DNA of 64,000 nt, taken from the NCBI GenBank assembly GCA_963813535.1, contig CAWEZH010000003.1, positions 864,001 through 928,000 of the forward strand, in the 5' to 3' direction. A program made the position numbers and the translations under genes. The notes under the pieces were generated by a model that made no database searches, was not told where the DNA came from, and was given only the letters and a program-made list of their open reading frames with translations. This DNA comes from an uncultured Chloroflexia bacterium (GTDB lineage: Bacteria; Chloroflexota; Limnocylindria; Limnocylindrales; CSP1-4). Within the stretch, counting starts at the first letter, position 1; each line of letters begins with the position of its first letter. Of the stretch, positions 19,103-29,379 are shown piece after piece.

Positions 19103-20500
19103 ATGGACGCCAAGCAGGTCTGGCGAGCTGCCCTGGGTGAACTCCAGGTCTCGCTGTCGCCCGCGAACTACGAGACGTGGCTGCGCGACACCCAGCTCGT
19201 CGACGTCGACGAACAGCGCTTCCGGATCGCCGTCCCGAACGGCTTCGCGAAGGATTGGCTGGAGACCCGCTACCGCTCCCTGATCAGCCAGACGCTCGCC
19301 CGGATCGTGGGGTACAGCGTCCAGGTCGAATTCGTCGTCGGCCCCGCGCCGACCGATGGCACGCCTCCCGTCGCCGCCGACACCACCGACGACGCACCAC
19401 CCGCCGCTACGCCGTCGCGACTCAACGGCCAGGAGGTTCGCGTCGAGGCCACGAGGATCGGGGGCGAGGGCGGTGCCACCAACCTCAACCCGCGCTACAC
19501 GTTCGCGAACTTCATCGTCGGGTCGGCCAATCGCCTCGGCCATGCGGCGAGCCTGTCGGTCGCGGAACGTCCGGGCCACGCCTACAACCCGCTGTTCCTG
19601 TACGGCGGCGTCGGCCTCGGCAAGACCCACCTGATGCACGCCATCGGCAACCAGGTCATCGCGCGCTTCCCACGCAAGCGGGTGGTCTACGCGACCTCCG
19701 AGAAGTTCACGAACGAGTTCATCACGAGCATCCAGCAGGGCAAGATCGACGAATTCCGATCGCGCTACCGACGGATCGACCTCCTCCTGATCGACGACAT
19801 CCAGTTCATCGCCGACAAGGAGCGGACGCAGGAGGAGTTCTTCCACACGTTCAATGCCATCCACGAGGACGGCAAACAGATCGTCCTCTCGAGCGACCGA
19901 CCGCCCAAGGCGATCCTGACGCTCGAGGAGCGTCTCCGGTCGCGGTTCGAGTGGGGACTCATCGCCGATCTCACGGCGCCGGACCTCGAGACCCGCATCG
20001 CGATCCTCCGTGCCAAGGCCGAGGAGGGGGCGGTCCCGATCACCTCCGATGTGGTCGAATTCATCGCCCGCAAGGTGGTGTCCAACGTGCGCGAGCTCGA
20101 GGGCGCGCTGAACCGCATCGTGGCCTTCGCCAGCATGGGTGCGACCCCGATCAGCATCGAGCTCGCCCAGGCCGTGCTCTCGAACGTGCTGTACAACCCG
20201 AAGAAGCGCCAGGTCACGCCCGAGCGCATCGCCAAGGCCGTGTCCGACTACTACAGCGTGCCGATGGAGGCGCTGCAGGGCCAGAAGCGCGACAAGGCGA
20301 TCGTCATGCCCCGCCAGATCGCCATGTTCCTGATGCGCGAGGAGACGGACGTCTCGTTGCTGCGCATCGGCGCCGAGCTCGGCAACCGCGACCACTCCAC
20401 GGTCCTCCACGCCTGCGACAAGATCACGCGCGAGATCGCCAACAACGACGAGCTCCGCCGCGAGATCGCCGCGGTCCGCGAGCTGATCTACGCCGAGTAG
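19103..20500 (+). CDS. dnaA: Chromosomal replication initiator DnaA
   Basis: YNPLFLYGGVGLGKTHL, LLIDDIQF, RSRFEWG, RDHSTVLHA. Confidence 0.98.
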   Translation: MDAKQVWRAALGELQVSLSPANYETWLRDTQLVDVDEQRFRIAVPNGFAKDWLETRYRSLISQTLARIVGYSVQVEFVVGPAPTDGTPPVAADTTDDAPPAATPSRLNGQEVRVEATRIGGEGGATNLNPRYTFANFIVGSANRLGHAASLSVAERPGHAYNPLFLYGGVGLGKTHLMHAIGNQVIARFPRKRVVYATSEKFTNEFITSIQQGKIDEFRSRYRRIDLLLIDDIQFIADKERTQEEFFHTFNAIHEDGKQIVLSSDRPPKAILTLEERLRSRFEWGLIADLTAPDLETRIAILRAKAEEGAVPITSDVVEFIARKVVSNVRELEGALNRIVAFASMGATPISIELAQAVLSNVLYNPKKRQVTPERIAKAVSDYYSVPMEALQGQKRDKAIVMPRQIAMFLMREETDVSLLRIGAELGNRDHSTVLHACDKITREIANNDELRREIAAVRELIYAE

Positions 20501-20849
20501 CCGCTCACCCCGCACAGGGCGGCCGGGACGGCGTCAGCCTCTGGCACCCCATCACGGGACGGACCGGCTGATAAGTGCCCGACCGACGTGGACACCGTGG
20601 CCCACGGGACGCCCCGGTGAGTCGATGGACGTCGGCTATCCCCAGTCCATCGACGGTCGCCTCCGCCGTCAGGGCATCGTTGTCCACGTTGCGACCACCT
20701 TCGTCAACGTCGAGAGGATGCACGCTGACGCAGCGCCGTCCACGCGGTCCACAGCGTTATTACTGTGATGACGGAGGTAGTAGAAAGAGGGAAGATACCC
20801 ACCACATCCCCGGCGGTCCCGCCCGACTTCGAAACGGAGTGATGCCCAC
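20501..20849. other. oriC: Probable replication origin oriC
   Basis: dnaA-dnaN intergenic region with repeated GTCCA(C/T) 9-mers; tandem boxes at 20736-20753 are followed by GCG-TTATTACTG. Confidence 0.65.
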
Positions 20850-21968
20850 GTGAAACTCTCGGTCATGCAGGAGAACCTGGCGCGTGGGCTATCCATCGTC
20901 AGCCGGGCCGTGTCGAGCCGGAGCACCCTGCCGGTCCTCGCCAATGTCCTGCTCAAGACCGAGGACGCCGGTCTGAAGCTGACGGCCACCAACCTCGAGA
21001 TCGGCATCACCTACTGGGTCCCGGGCAAGGTCGACGAGGACGGTGCGACCACCGTGCCGGCCAGGCTCCTGACGGATCTCGTCAACTCGCTGCCGGCCGG
21101 CGACAAGGTGGAGCTGGAGGTGACCGCCGGCGACACCCTGCACGTCAAGGCGGGTCGCTTCCAGACGCACATCAAGGGCATCAGCGACGAGGAGTTCCCG
21201 GCGATCCAGACCGCCGGCGACCGACCCACGACACGGATCGCCCAGAACGTGCTTCGCCGGGCCCTGGCCGAGACGGCGTTCGCCGCGGCAAGCGACGAGG
21301 CCCGTCCCATCCTGACCGGTGTCCTCGCACGATTCGAGGGAGACCAGCTCACGCTCGCGGCGGCCGACAACTACCGGATCGCCGTCAAGACCGTGCCGAT
21401 CCTCGACCCGGTCCCGGAGACGAGCGTGGTCATCCCGGCCCGGGCGCTCAATGAGCTCGCCCGCGTGCTCGCGGATATCGACGACCCCGTCGACGTCGTC
21501 CTGGCGGGTGCCCGCAACCAGGTGCTGTTCCACCTCGACGGTATCGATCTGGTCAGCCGGCTGATCGATGGTCAGTTCCCGAACTACCAGCAGGTCATGC
21601 CCCAGGCGCATGCGACGCGCGCGGTGCTCGATCGTGAGGAGCTCCTCCGGGCGGTCCGACCCGCAGCCCTGATCGCGCATGAGTCGGCCAACATCGTGAA
21701 GCTCCAGATCGGCGGGGACGGCGATCCCGGGGTGACCGTCAGCGCCAACGCCGAGGTCGGCGACCATGTCGGCCAGGTCGAGGCGGCGGTCGAGGGCGAC
21801 GGCACGACGATCGCGTTCAACGCCAGGTACCTCGCCGATGTCCTGACAAATGTCTCGGCCGAGCAGTTCGCTCTCGAGCTGAACGGCCCACTGTCCCCCG
21901 GCGTATTCAAGCCGGTCGGCGACGACCGCTACGTGCACGTCGTGATGCCGGTCCGGACGACGTCCTAG
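20850..21968 (+). CDS. dnaN: DNA polymerase III beta clamp
   Basis: TLPVLANVL, ATNLE, SRLIDGQFPNY, VVMPVR. Confidence 0.97.
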   Translation: MKLSVMQENLARGLSIVSRAVSSRSTLPVLANVLLKTEDAGLKLTATNLEIGITYWVPGKVDEDGATTVPARLLTDLVNSLPAGDKVELEVTAGDTLHVKAGRFQTHIKGISDEEFPAIQTAGDRPTTRIAQNVLRRALAETAFAAASDEARPILTGVLARFEGDQLTLAAADNYRIAVKTVPILDPVPETSVVIPARALNELARVLADIDDPVDVVLAGARNQVLFHLDGIDLVSRLIDGQFPNYQQVMPQAHATRAVLDREELLRAVRPAALIAHESANIVKLQIGGDGDPGVTVSANAEVGDHVGQVEAAVEGDGTTIAFNARYLADVLTNVSAEQFALELNGPLSPGVFKPVGDDRYVHVVMPVRTTS

Positions 21969-21969
21969 C

Positions 21970-23136
21970 ATCGCCTCGCTCGACGCGCTCACGGCCCTCG
22001 ACCTGCGCGGCTATGCGTCGGTCGAGGCGTCCTTCGGACCCGGCGCTCACCTGATCTGGGGCCCGAACGCGGCCGGCAAGACCAGTCTTCTCGAGGCGAT
22101 CGCGCTGCTCGGCTGGGGTCGATCGCACCGCACCAGCTCCGATGGGGAGCTCATCCGGTGGGGCCACGATCTCGCAAGGATCGAGGGCCGGGTCGGGAAC
22201 GACGTGCTCGAGGTCGCCATCCAGCGGTCCGGCGCCGACGGGTCGGGCGGCCGCAAGCGGATCCGGGTCAATGGCGTGGGGCGGCGAGCGAGCGGACTCG
22301 GTCGATATCTCCGCATCGTGCTGTTCGCGCCCGAGGAGATGCTGCTCGTCGTCGGCTCGCCATCGCTCCGGCGTGCAGCGCTCGACACGCTGGCTGCCGC
22401 GCGCTTCCCCACCTACGCCGACGACCTGGGCACGTACGGCCGGACGCTCCAGCAGCGCAACAGCCTGCTGCGCGCGATCCGCGAGGAGCAGGCGACGCGC
22501 GATCAGCTGCGGTTCTGGGACGAGACCTTCCTCGACACGGGCGGTTCGGTCGTGGCGGCTCGGACCGCGCTGCTCGAGCAGCTCGCGGCACCGCTGGCGG
22601 CGGCGCACAGCGAGATCGCACCCGACGAGGCGTCGTCCGGCGCGCTCACGCTCCGCTACGTGACGAACGCGCCCACGCTCGGCGACGAAACGCCGCGCGA
22701 CGCCCTGGCACGGCGCCTCGTGGAGACCGCCGAAAAGGAGATCTGGAACGGTTCGACCGTGATCGGCCCGCACCGCGACGACCTGGCGTTCGACCTGGCC
22801 GGCCGTGACCTGACGGGCTTCGCGTCCAGGGGCCAGCAGCGCACCGCGATCCTGGCCTTCAAGCTGGCGGAGCTCGACCTGCTCAGCGAGCTCGACGGGC
22901 ACCCGCCGCTGCTCCTCCTGGACGACGTGTTCAGCGAGCTCGACCCGGAGCGTCGGTCGCACCTGGTGCGACGCATCGCCGAACTGCCACAGGCGTTCGT
23001 CACCACGACCACGCCCGACGACCTCGACCCCGCCCTGCTCGCGATCGCCCACGGCTGGGAGGTCCGGCCGGCCGAGGCGGGCGCCGAGCTGCGAGCGGCC
23101 GACGCACGCGCCCATCGATCCGCGAGCCCGGCGTGA
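21970..23136 (+). CDS. recF: DNA replication/repair protein RecF (no canonical start codon visible)
   Basis: Walker A GPNAAGKTS lies upstream of the ORF-track start; GPHRDDL, SRGQQR, LLLDDVFSELD. Confidence 0.92.
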   Translation: MASLDALTALDLRGYASVEASFGPGAHLIWGPNAAGKTSLLEAIALLGWGRSHRTSSDGELIRWGHDLARIEGRVGNDVLEVAIQRSGADGSGGRKRIRVNGVGRRASGLGRYLRIVLFAPEEMLLVVGSPSLRRAALDTLAAARFPTYADDLGTYGRTLQQRNSLLRAIREEQATRDQLRFWDETFLDTGGSVVAARTALLEQLAAPLAAAHSEIAPDEASSGALTLRYVTNAPTLGDETPRDALARRLVETAEKEIWNGSTVIGPHRDDLAFDLAGRDLTGFASRGQQRTAILAFKLAELDLLSELDGHPPLLLLDDVFSELDPERRSHLVRRIAELPQAFVTTTTPDDLDPALLAIAHGWEVRPAEAGAELRAADARAHRSASPA

Positions 23137-23465
23137 CCACCCCGCGCCGCCGGCCGATGCGGCGGATCGGCGACTTGATCCCGGATGCCGCGCGGGCGCT
23201 CGGGCTCGAGGACGAGCTCCGGCTGGCGCGTGCCATCGCGACGTTCGAGGCGATCGTCGCCGAGCGCGTGCCGGCCGCCGTCGGCGCGTGCCGGGTCGTC
23301 CGGCTGGAGGGTTTCGCGATCGACGTCGAGGCCGACGCGCCCATCGTCGCCCAGGAGCTCCGCCTCCGGTCCAGCGAGCTCCTGACCGCCTTCGCGGCGG
23401 CCCCAGGAGGCATCGGGATCCGGGACCTTCGGGTCCACGTTCGTCGAGCGGGTCCCCGCGTATAA
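23133..23465 (+). CDS. DciA/DUF721-family protein
   Basis: MRRIGDLI start, AQELRL motif, position directly after recF. Confidence 0.65.
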   Translation: MTTPRRRPMRRIGDLIPDAARALGLEDELRLARAIATFEAIVAERVPAAVGACRVVRLEGFAIDVEADAPIVAQELRLRSSELLTAFAAAPGGIGIRDLRVHVRRAGPRV

Positions 23466-23557
23466 TCCAGCGGACCTGCCTGCCATCTCCGGGGCGTCAA
23501 GCCGATCCGGCCATGGATCGTCCCGTCGCCTGACCACCCCCTATTCGAGAGGCCCGC

Positions 23558-25801
23558 ATGGCCGCCCGACTCCAACTGAAGCTAGGGATCGTCGCCGAGC
23601 ATGACCGGCTCGACAATTCGCCCGACACCTTGGTCGTCGTGGAGCCGAGCGTCGGTTCCGTCGCTCGGTCCAAGGGCAACCTGTATCTCCTCGTCACGTC
23701 GCGGACGAGCTCGCGCCATGCCCTGGAAGCTACCCGGTTGGCGGCCGAGACGATCAGGAACGAGTACTACTACGACGAATCGGCCGGGATCCGCGTCTGT
23801 CTGCAGAAGGCGATCGCGACCGCCAACAAGCGCCTCCTGCACCAGGCCGATCGCCTCGGCCTGAAATCGCCCGGCGACAACGGCCCGATCGGCGTCGGTG
23901 TCGGCGTCGTCCGCGGCAACGAGATGTACGTGGCAACGGTCGGTCCGGCCGAGGCGTACCTCATCCGTCAGGCCCGACTCTCGACACTGCCCGACCCGCA
24001 TCGTGAACGAGGCCTGCCGTCCAGCGGGCTCGAGCCGGAGGTGTGGCGCGGCGAGGTGACGGTCGGCGACTCGCTCGTGCTCATCTCCCCGAACATCGTG
24101 GCCAAGCTCGGCCCGGACGAGCTCAAGGACGCGATGGTCACGCTCCATCCGCAGTCGGCCATGGAGCACCTCCACCAGCGCTTCAAGACCGCCGACGGCT
24201 CCGGCAGCGACGGGGCGATCGCGTTCGAGGCGACCGAGGTCGCGCCGACGACCCGCGGCCGGACACTCGTGCCGGTGCGACCCGCGGAGCCGCTCGCTGG
24301 TGCCCCAGACCGCTCGCCGATCCCACTCGCCGACAATGTCCAGGCCGCCGGCGCCGCCATGTCCGCCGCGGCCGACAGCGCACGGGTCGTGGCCGGGACG
24401 GCGTTCGACCGCACGATCGCGCGTCTGCACGACCTGCTGCCGCGGCGCAGGCCGGCCTACCGCCGCGTGACCCCGCTCGCCTCTCGGCGCGAGACGCAAC
24501 GACGCGCGGCGATCGCCCTGATCGCGCTCCTCGTCGTGGTCGGCAGCCTGGCGATGTCCGTGTGGGCGTTCGGCGGGCAGCGCCCGCAGGGTGCCATCAG
24601 CTCGTTGAACGCGGGCCAGGATGCACTGGACAAGGCCGAGGAGAACCTCGCGCTCGTGGCGGGGCCGGGCATCGACCTCATCGAGAGCGATCGCGAGGAG
24701 GCCCTCCGGCTCCTCACCGATGCGTACGCCCAGCTCGAGACGGCGGAGAACGCCAGCGTGAGCCCCCGCGCCGTCGATCCGGTCCGGGAGGAGGTCGTGG
24801 CCCAGCTCGATCGGGCGTACGGCGTGATCGACGTGGCGTCGACCCCGATCTTCACGTTCAAGCCCGGAGAGGGCGCGCCGCCATTCGACCTTCGCGTGCT
24901 CGTGCGCGGGTACGACGACGCACCGTACGTGCTCGACGCGGCGAACAAGGCGGTCTACCGCGTCGACCTCAAGCGGAAGCGCGCCACCAACATCGCCCGC
25001 AACGGGCGGGCCATCGGCAACACCCGGATGTCCACGCCGCGGTTCCTCGCCGTGGGCGGTCGCGACCTGCTGATCCTGGACGCCAAGAACGCGCTGTGGC
25101 GCTGGCGCGCCTCGAACGACGCGGGCAAGGGCACCACCAGCCGCATCACGGTGAACGGATCCAGCCAGTGGGGCAACGACATCCTGGGTATCGGCACCTA
25201 TGTGAGGGACACGAGCCGGGGGCTCTACAACCTGTACGTCATCGACCCCTCGGAGCAGCAGATCCGCGCCTATCCCCCGTCCGCGGATGGCAATGGCTTC
25301 CCGGCCAAGTCATCGGCCTGGCTCGCTACCGCCCGCTCGGTCGATCAGATGACGGCCATGTATATCGACGGCGACATCTACGTCACCGAGAACGGCGTCC
25401 TCGACCGGTACACGTCGGGCAAGAGCGACGCCTGGGAGCCCGGCTCGCCCGGCGACGAGCTGCTCCGCCCGACGTCGAGCGACGTGCTCGTGACGGGCTC
25501 GGGCGGGCGGAACGAGGGCCGCGTGTACACGTTCGACCGCTCCAACGACCGTGTCGTGGCCTACGACAAGCGCAGCGGCGACTTCGTCGCGCAATACCGG
25601 CTGGCGGATGGCGACGGGTGGGCCGACCTGCGCTCCATGTACATCATCCCCGGCGTCGAGGACCAGCCCGACAAGTTGGTGTGGCTGTCGAAGACGGCCG
25701 TCAACCAAGCCGTGCTGCAGGCGATCCCGGAGACGGACGGCGCCTCGCCGTCGCCATCGGGTGGGTCGAGCGGATCGCCTTCGGGCTCGACGACCCCCTA
25801 G
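23558..25801 (+). CDS. Single-pass membrane protein: PP2C-like N-terminal domain, TM, probable extracellular beta-propeller
   Basis: PP2C-like pattern (LQKAIATAN, MYVATVGPAEAYLIR, GDSLVLIS), one TM, repeated YVLD/LILD/YVID/IYVT strands. Confidence 0.6.
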   Translation: MAARLQLKLGIVAEHDRLDNSPDTLVVVEPSVGSVARSKGNLYLLVTSRTSSRHALEATRLAAETIRNEYYYDESAGIRVCLQKAIATANKRLLHQADRLGLKSPGDNGPIGVGVGVVRGNEMYVATVGPAEAYLIRQARLSTLPDPHRERGLPSSGLEPEVWRGEVTVGDSLVLISPNIVAKLGPDELKDAMVTLHPQSAMEHLHQRFKTADGSGSDGAIAFEATEVAPTTRGRTLVPVRPAEPLAGAPDRSPIPLADNVQAAGAAMSAAADSARVVAGTAFDRTIARLHDLLPRRRPAYRRVTPLASRRETQRRAAIALIALLVVVGSLAMSVWAFGGQRPQGAISSLNAGQDALDKAEENLALVAGPGIDLIESDREEALRLLTDAYAQLETAENASVSPRAVDPVREEVVAQLDRAYGVIDVASTPIFTFKPGEGAPPFDLRVLVRGYDDAPYVLDAANKAVYRVDLKRKRATNIARNGRAIGNTRMSTPRFLAVGGRDLLILDAKNALWRWRASNDAGKGTTSRITVNGSSQWGNDILGIGTYVRDTSRGLYNLYVIDPSEQQIRAYPPSADGNGFPAKSSAWLATARSVDQMTAMYIDGDIYVTENGVLDRYTSGKSDAWEPGSPGDELLRPTSSDVLVTGSGGRNEGRVYTFDRSNDRVVAYDKRSGDFVAQYRLADGDGWADLRSMYIIPGVEDQPDKLVWLSKTAVNQAVLQAIPETDGASPSPSGGSSGSPSGSTTP

Positions 25802-25816
25802 CGGGGGGCGACCGCG

Positions 25817-26539
25817 GTGATCCCGCTCCACGACACGAATCCCACCCGGCGGACGCCGGTGATGACCCTCGCGCTCATCGCCACGTGCGCGCTCGTCTAC
25901 GGGTACCAGGTGCTCCTCATGGCGCAGGGCGGCGACCAAGCCCTTGAGGCGTTCTTCACGCGCTGGGGCGTGGTCCCCGAGGAGCTCGTCGCCGCCCTCG
26001 GGTCGGGCCAGATCGTCTCGATGGAGACGGCAACGCTCGTCACCAGCCAGTTCCTGCACGGCAGCCTCATCCACATCGCCGGGAACCTGCTGTTCCTGTG
26101 GATCTTCGGCAACAACGTCGAGGACCGCTTCGGCCGGTTCCAATTCCTCGTGTTCTACCTCGTCGGCGGGATCGTGGCCGGTCTCGCACAGGTCGCCATC
26201 GACCCCGCGTCGACGATCCCGACGATCGGAGCCTCCGGCGCCATCGCGGCGACGCTCGGCGCCTACCTCGTCCTGTTCCCGCGGGCGCGGGTCACGACGG
26301 CGATCTTCCTCGTCTTCTTCTATCAGCTGATCGACGTGCCGGCCGTGATCGTCCTGGCGTTCTGGTTCGTCCTCCAGTTGCTCGACGGGCTCGCTTCGCT
26401 CGGCCCGATGAGCGACGTGGCGAGCGGCGGGATCGCGTTCTTCGCCCATATCGGCGGGTTCGTCTTCGGCGCGGCGATCGCGCTGCTGGTCAAGGTGGGC
26501 GGCGGGGTCGGGGGTCGGGTCGGACGCACCGTGGGATAA
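25817..26539 (+). CDS. Rhomboid intramembrane serine protease
   Basis: FLHGSLIHIAGN, IGASG, AHIGG. Confidence 0.92.
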   Translation: MIPLHDTNPTRRTPVMTLALIATCALVYGYQVLLMAQGGDQALEAFFTRWGVVPEELVAALGSGQIVSMETATLVTSQFLHGSLIHIAGNLLFLWIFGNNVEDRFGRFQFLVFYLVGGIVAGLAQVAIDPASTIPTIGASGAIAATLGAYLVLFPRARVTTAIFLVFFYQLIDVPAVIVLAFWFVLQLLDGLASLGPMSDVASGGIAFFAHIGGFVFGAAIALLVKVGGGVGGRVGRTVG

Positions 26540-26546
26540 TCGCGCG

Positions 26547-27095
26547 ATGGACGACGGGTTGGTCGAGATGGTCGTCGAGAGCGTCCGCGTCCACATGCTC
26601 TCGAGCCGTCACGTCGTGATCCTCAAGGAGACGGGTCGCGAACGCTACCTGCCCATCTGGATCGGTCCGTGGGAGGCCAGCGCGATCGCCATGCGCCTCC
26701 AGGGCCTGACCCCCGAGCGGCCACTGACCCACGATCTCTTCGCCAGCACGCTCGAGGCGGTCGACGCACGGGTGGCGCGCGTGATCATCTCCGACCTCTC
26801 CGAGGAGACGTTCCACGCGCGGCTCTTCGTCGAACGGGACGGTCACATCGGCGAGATCGACGCGCGGCCCTCCGATGCGCTGGCGCTTGCGGTGCGGGTC
26901 GGCGCGCCCATCTTCGCGGTGCCGTCCGTGCTCGACCAGGCGGGTCTCGGGGCCGATGGAGGTCTCGGCGACGAGGGCGAGGGCGGCATGCTCGAATCGA
27001 CCGGCGAGCAGATCGTCGACCCCCGTCTGGACGTCTTCCGCGAGTTCGTCAACTCACTCGACGTCGAGCCCGACACCGAGGATCGCCAGAGCTGA
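26547..27095 (+). CDS. Bifunctional nuclease family protein (DUF151)
   Basis: LPIWIGPWEA, RPLTHDL, IDARPSDALALA. Confidence 0.92.
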   Translation: MDDGLVEMVVESVRVHMLSSRHVVILKETGRERYLPIWIGPWEASAIAMRLQGLTPERPLTHDLFASTLEAVDARVARVIISDLSEETFHARLFVERDGHIGEIDARPSDALALAVRVGAPIFAVPSVLDQAGLGADGGLGDEGEGGMLESTGEQIVDPRLDVFREFVNSLDVEPDTEDRQS

Positions 27096-27109
27096 CGTCC
27101 TGCCGGCGG

Positions 27110-27886
27110 TCAGCCGTCGGCGACCTCGATGATCGGACGGCCACGGCGCAGGGCCCTCGTCCGGTTCACCCACATCGCGATCCGCAGCCGCCAGAAGTCA
27201 CGGATCGCCCGGAAGACCACGCGTGGGTTCGCGCCAGTGGCAGAACCCGCGGTCCGAGGATAGTGCGGCACCCCGACCTCGACCACCGTGCGGCCGGCGG
27301 CTTCCATCTTGATGAGGAGCTCGGCCGAGAAGAACGCCCCGTCGGACTCGACCGCGATGCCATCCAGGGCCTCGCGCCGGAACAGCTTGCAGGCGCAATC
27401 GACATCCGTGACCCGCAATCCGAAGAACAGGCGGTTGGCCAGGCGATAGGTGCGGGCATAGAGGGTCCTGATGATGGGGTCGGCGCGCTGGATCCGGTAG
27501 CCGACGACCACGTCCGGCGCATCCTCCGCGGCCAGGCGTTCGGTCAACCGGCCGATGTCCTCCACGCGGAACTGACGGTCGCCGTCGGTGAACGCGACGA
27601 GCTCGTGACGCGCCGCTCCGAAGCCCGATCGGAGGGCCGCCCCATAGCCGAGGTTCGTGGGGTGGTGGACGGCTCGTACGACGCCCGGGTTGGCCGCCGT
27701 CAGTTCGTCGGCGAGCACCGGGGTGCGGTCCCGCGACCCGTCGTCGACGGCGATGATCTCGAACGTGTCCGCGATCACGGGCAGGCTGTCCAGGGCGTCC
27801 TGCACGAGCCCCTCGATGTTGGCTTCCTCGTCGTGCGCCGGGAAGAAGAAGGAGAGGCGTGCGACCCGACCCGGCTCGGCCGTCAC
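27110..27886 (-). CDS. GT2 glycosyltransferase (polyprenol-phosphate sugar synthase-like)
   Basis: FPAHDE, VDDGSRD, NLGYG, TDGD, DVDCACKLF. Confidence 0.88.
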   Translation of the reverse strand: MTAEPGRVARLSFFFPAHDEEANIEGLVQDALDSLPVIADTFEIIAVDDGSRDRTPVLADELTAANPGVVRAVHHPTNLGYGAALRSGFGAARHELVAFTDGDRQFRVEDIGRLTERLAAEDAPDVVVGYRIQRADPIIRTLYARTYRLANRLFFGLRVTDVDCACKLFRREALDGIAVESDGAFFSAELLIKMEAAGRTVVEVGVPHYPRTAGSATGANPRVVFRAIRDFWRLRIAMWVNRTRALRRGRPIIEVADG

Positions 27887-29379
27887 TGCGTGGCCTCACG
27901 CCGGCTCACGACCCGCGCGAGCATGCTCGCGTCGAAGCCGTCCATCAGCTCCAGGACGTAGCGGTCGGCGACCCCGGCGACCTCTGGCGGCTCGATACGG
28001 ATCACGTACACGGGCCGGCTTGGCAGGTAACGATCGATCACGTCGTAGACATCTCCAAGGTCGCGGTCGAGTCGGGTGCGGTCGTCGATGATATCGATGT
28101 CGGGCCGACGTCCCTCGACAGCCTGCGCGTACCAGAGAGGCGTCGAGTAGCTCCACCAGCTGATGATGACGGCGTCCTCCTCCATCATCTCGAGGGCGCG
28201 ATCCACCCACCGCCGCGCGGCCACGTCGTGGCTCCGGTCGACCGTGGAGTGGCGATCCTGGAGCTCGATCGCCGTCGGGACGAGGATGGCAACGGCCAGT
28301 ACGACCGCGATCACGGGCTGGAGCTGTCGCCGACCGTCCAATTCGGTGCCCGCCATCCGGGCGACGGACTCGGCGAGGATGGCCAGCCAGGTCCAGGCGA
28401 TGAGGGCGGGCACGAGGTAGTAGCGGTCGATCATCGCGTTGACGTACGACGCCGCGAAGAAGCAGGTGATCGCGACCGCGGAGCCGGTCAGGAGCGCGTA
28501 ATGCGGCCGGCGGAGGGCGGTCGCCACGAAGGCGAGCGGCAGGAACACCGCGAGGGGCCCGAACGCGTCCACGGTCCGGGTGATGAGGTCGGCGGCTTTG
28601 CCGGGCAGGCCGTCGAACGGCCCGACGAGGCTGCCCCGGAACTGCTCCGCGAGGGCGATGTACCAGAAGCCGTCCCAGGTGTCCGGGCGGCCGTAGACCA
28701 ACGGGGCGCGGAAGGGGCCTGCACGCAGGGGCAGCTCGAGGTAGACGATCGCGACGGTCAACACGGCCGCCCCGATGCACGCCGCGATGAACCGGGGCCG
28801 CGCCAGGACGTCCCGATCGACCGCCAGGACGTACAGGCCGATCGGCAGGCCGAGCAAGAGCGTCAGCGAATGATTTGCCGCGGCGAGCCCGAACACGATC
28901 GCAGCGGCGATGAGGGTGCGATCGCGTCCACTGTCGGCCCAGGCGACCAGAAGCCGCAGCAGGATCGCCACCAGCGCGAGGTGGAGGGCGTGGGCCTCGG
29001 CGTGCGTGCCGACCTTCCAGACGATCCCGGTCAGGGCCAACCCGACGCCCGCCATCACGCCGAGGAGCGTGGACCGGGTCAGCGCCCGCACCAGGTCGAC
29101 CGTCACGGCCGCTGCGACCGCGACGGACAGACCAGCGAACAGGTTCATGCGGAAGGCCGGCTCGCCGAACGGGCTCAACAGCACATTCGCCACCCAGCCA
29201 AGGACCACGTACGTGGGGAAGCCCGTCGGGTGGGCGACGCCCATCACCGGGGCGACGGCCTGGAGCTCGGCCGTGTCCCAGAACCCGAGCCCGGGCATCA
29301 TCGCGAGGCGTGCGGCGACGAACGCGACGAGTCCGACGAGGATCGGTGGCAGCCACGTCACGGTGGCCCGGGTCACCAT
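27883..29379 (-). CDS. DUF2723/TMEM260-like GT-C (putative protein O-mannosyltransferase)
   Basis: WDTAELQ…GVAHPTGFPTY motif, RMNLF, multi-TM. Confidence 0.72.
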   Translation of the reverse strand: MVTRATVTWLPPILVGLVAFVAARLAMMPGLGFWDTAELQAVAPVMGVAHPTGFPTYVVLGWVANVLLSPFGEPAFRMNLFAGLSVAVAAAVTVDLVRALTRSTLLGVMAGVGLALTGIVWKVGTHAEAHALHLALVAILLRLLVAWADSGRDRTLIAAAIVFGLAAANHSLTLLLGLPIGLYVLAVDRDVLARPRFIAACIGAAVLTVAIVYLELPLRAGPFRAPLVYGRPDTWDGFWYIALAEQFRGSLVGPFDGLPGKAADLITRTVDAFGPLAVFLPLAFVATALRRPHYALLTGSAVAITCFFAASYVNAMIDRYYLVPALIAWTWLAILAESVARMAGTELDGRRQLQPVIAVVLAVAILVPTAIELQDRHSTVDRSHDVAARRWVDRALEMMEEDAVIISWWSYSTPLWYAQAVEGRRPDIDIIDDRTRLDRDLGDVYDVIDRYLPSRPVYVIRIEPPEVAGVADRYVLELMDGFDASMLARVVSRREATQ

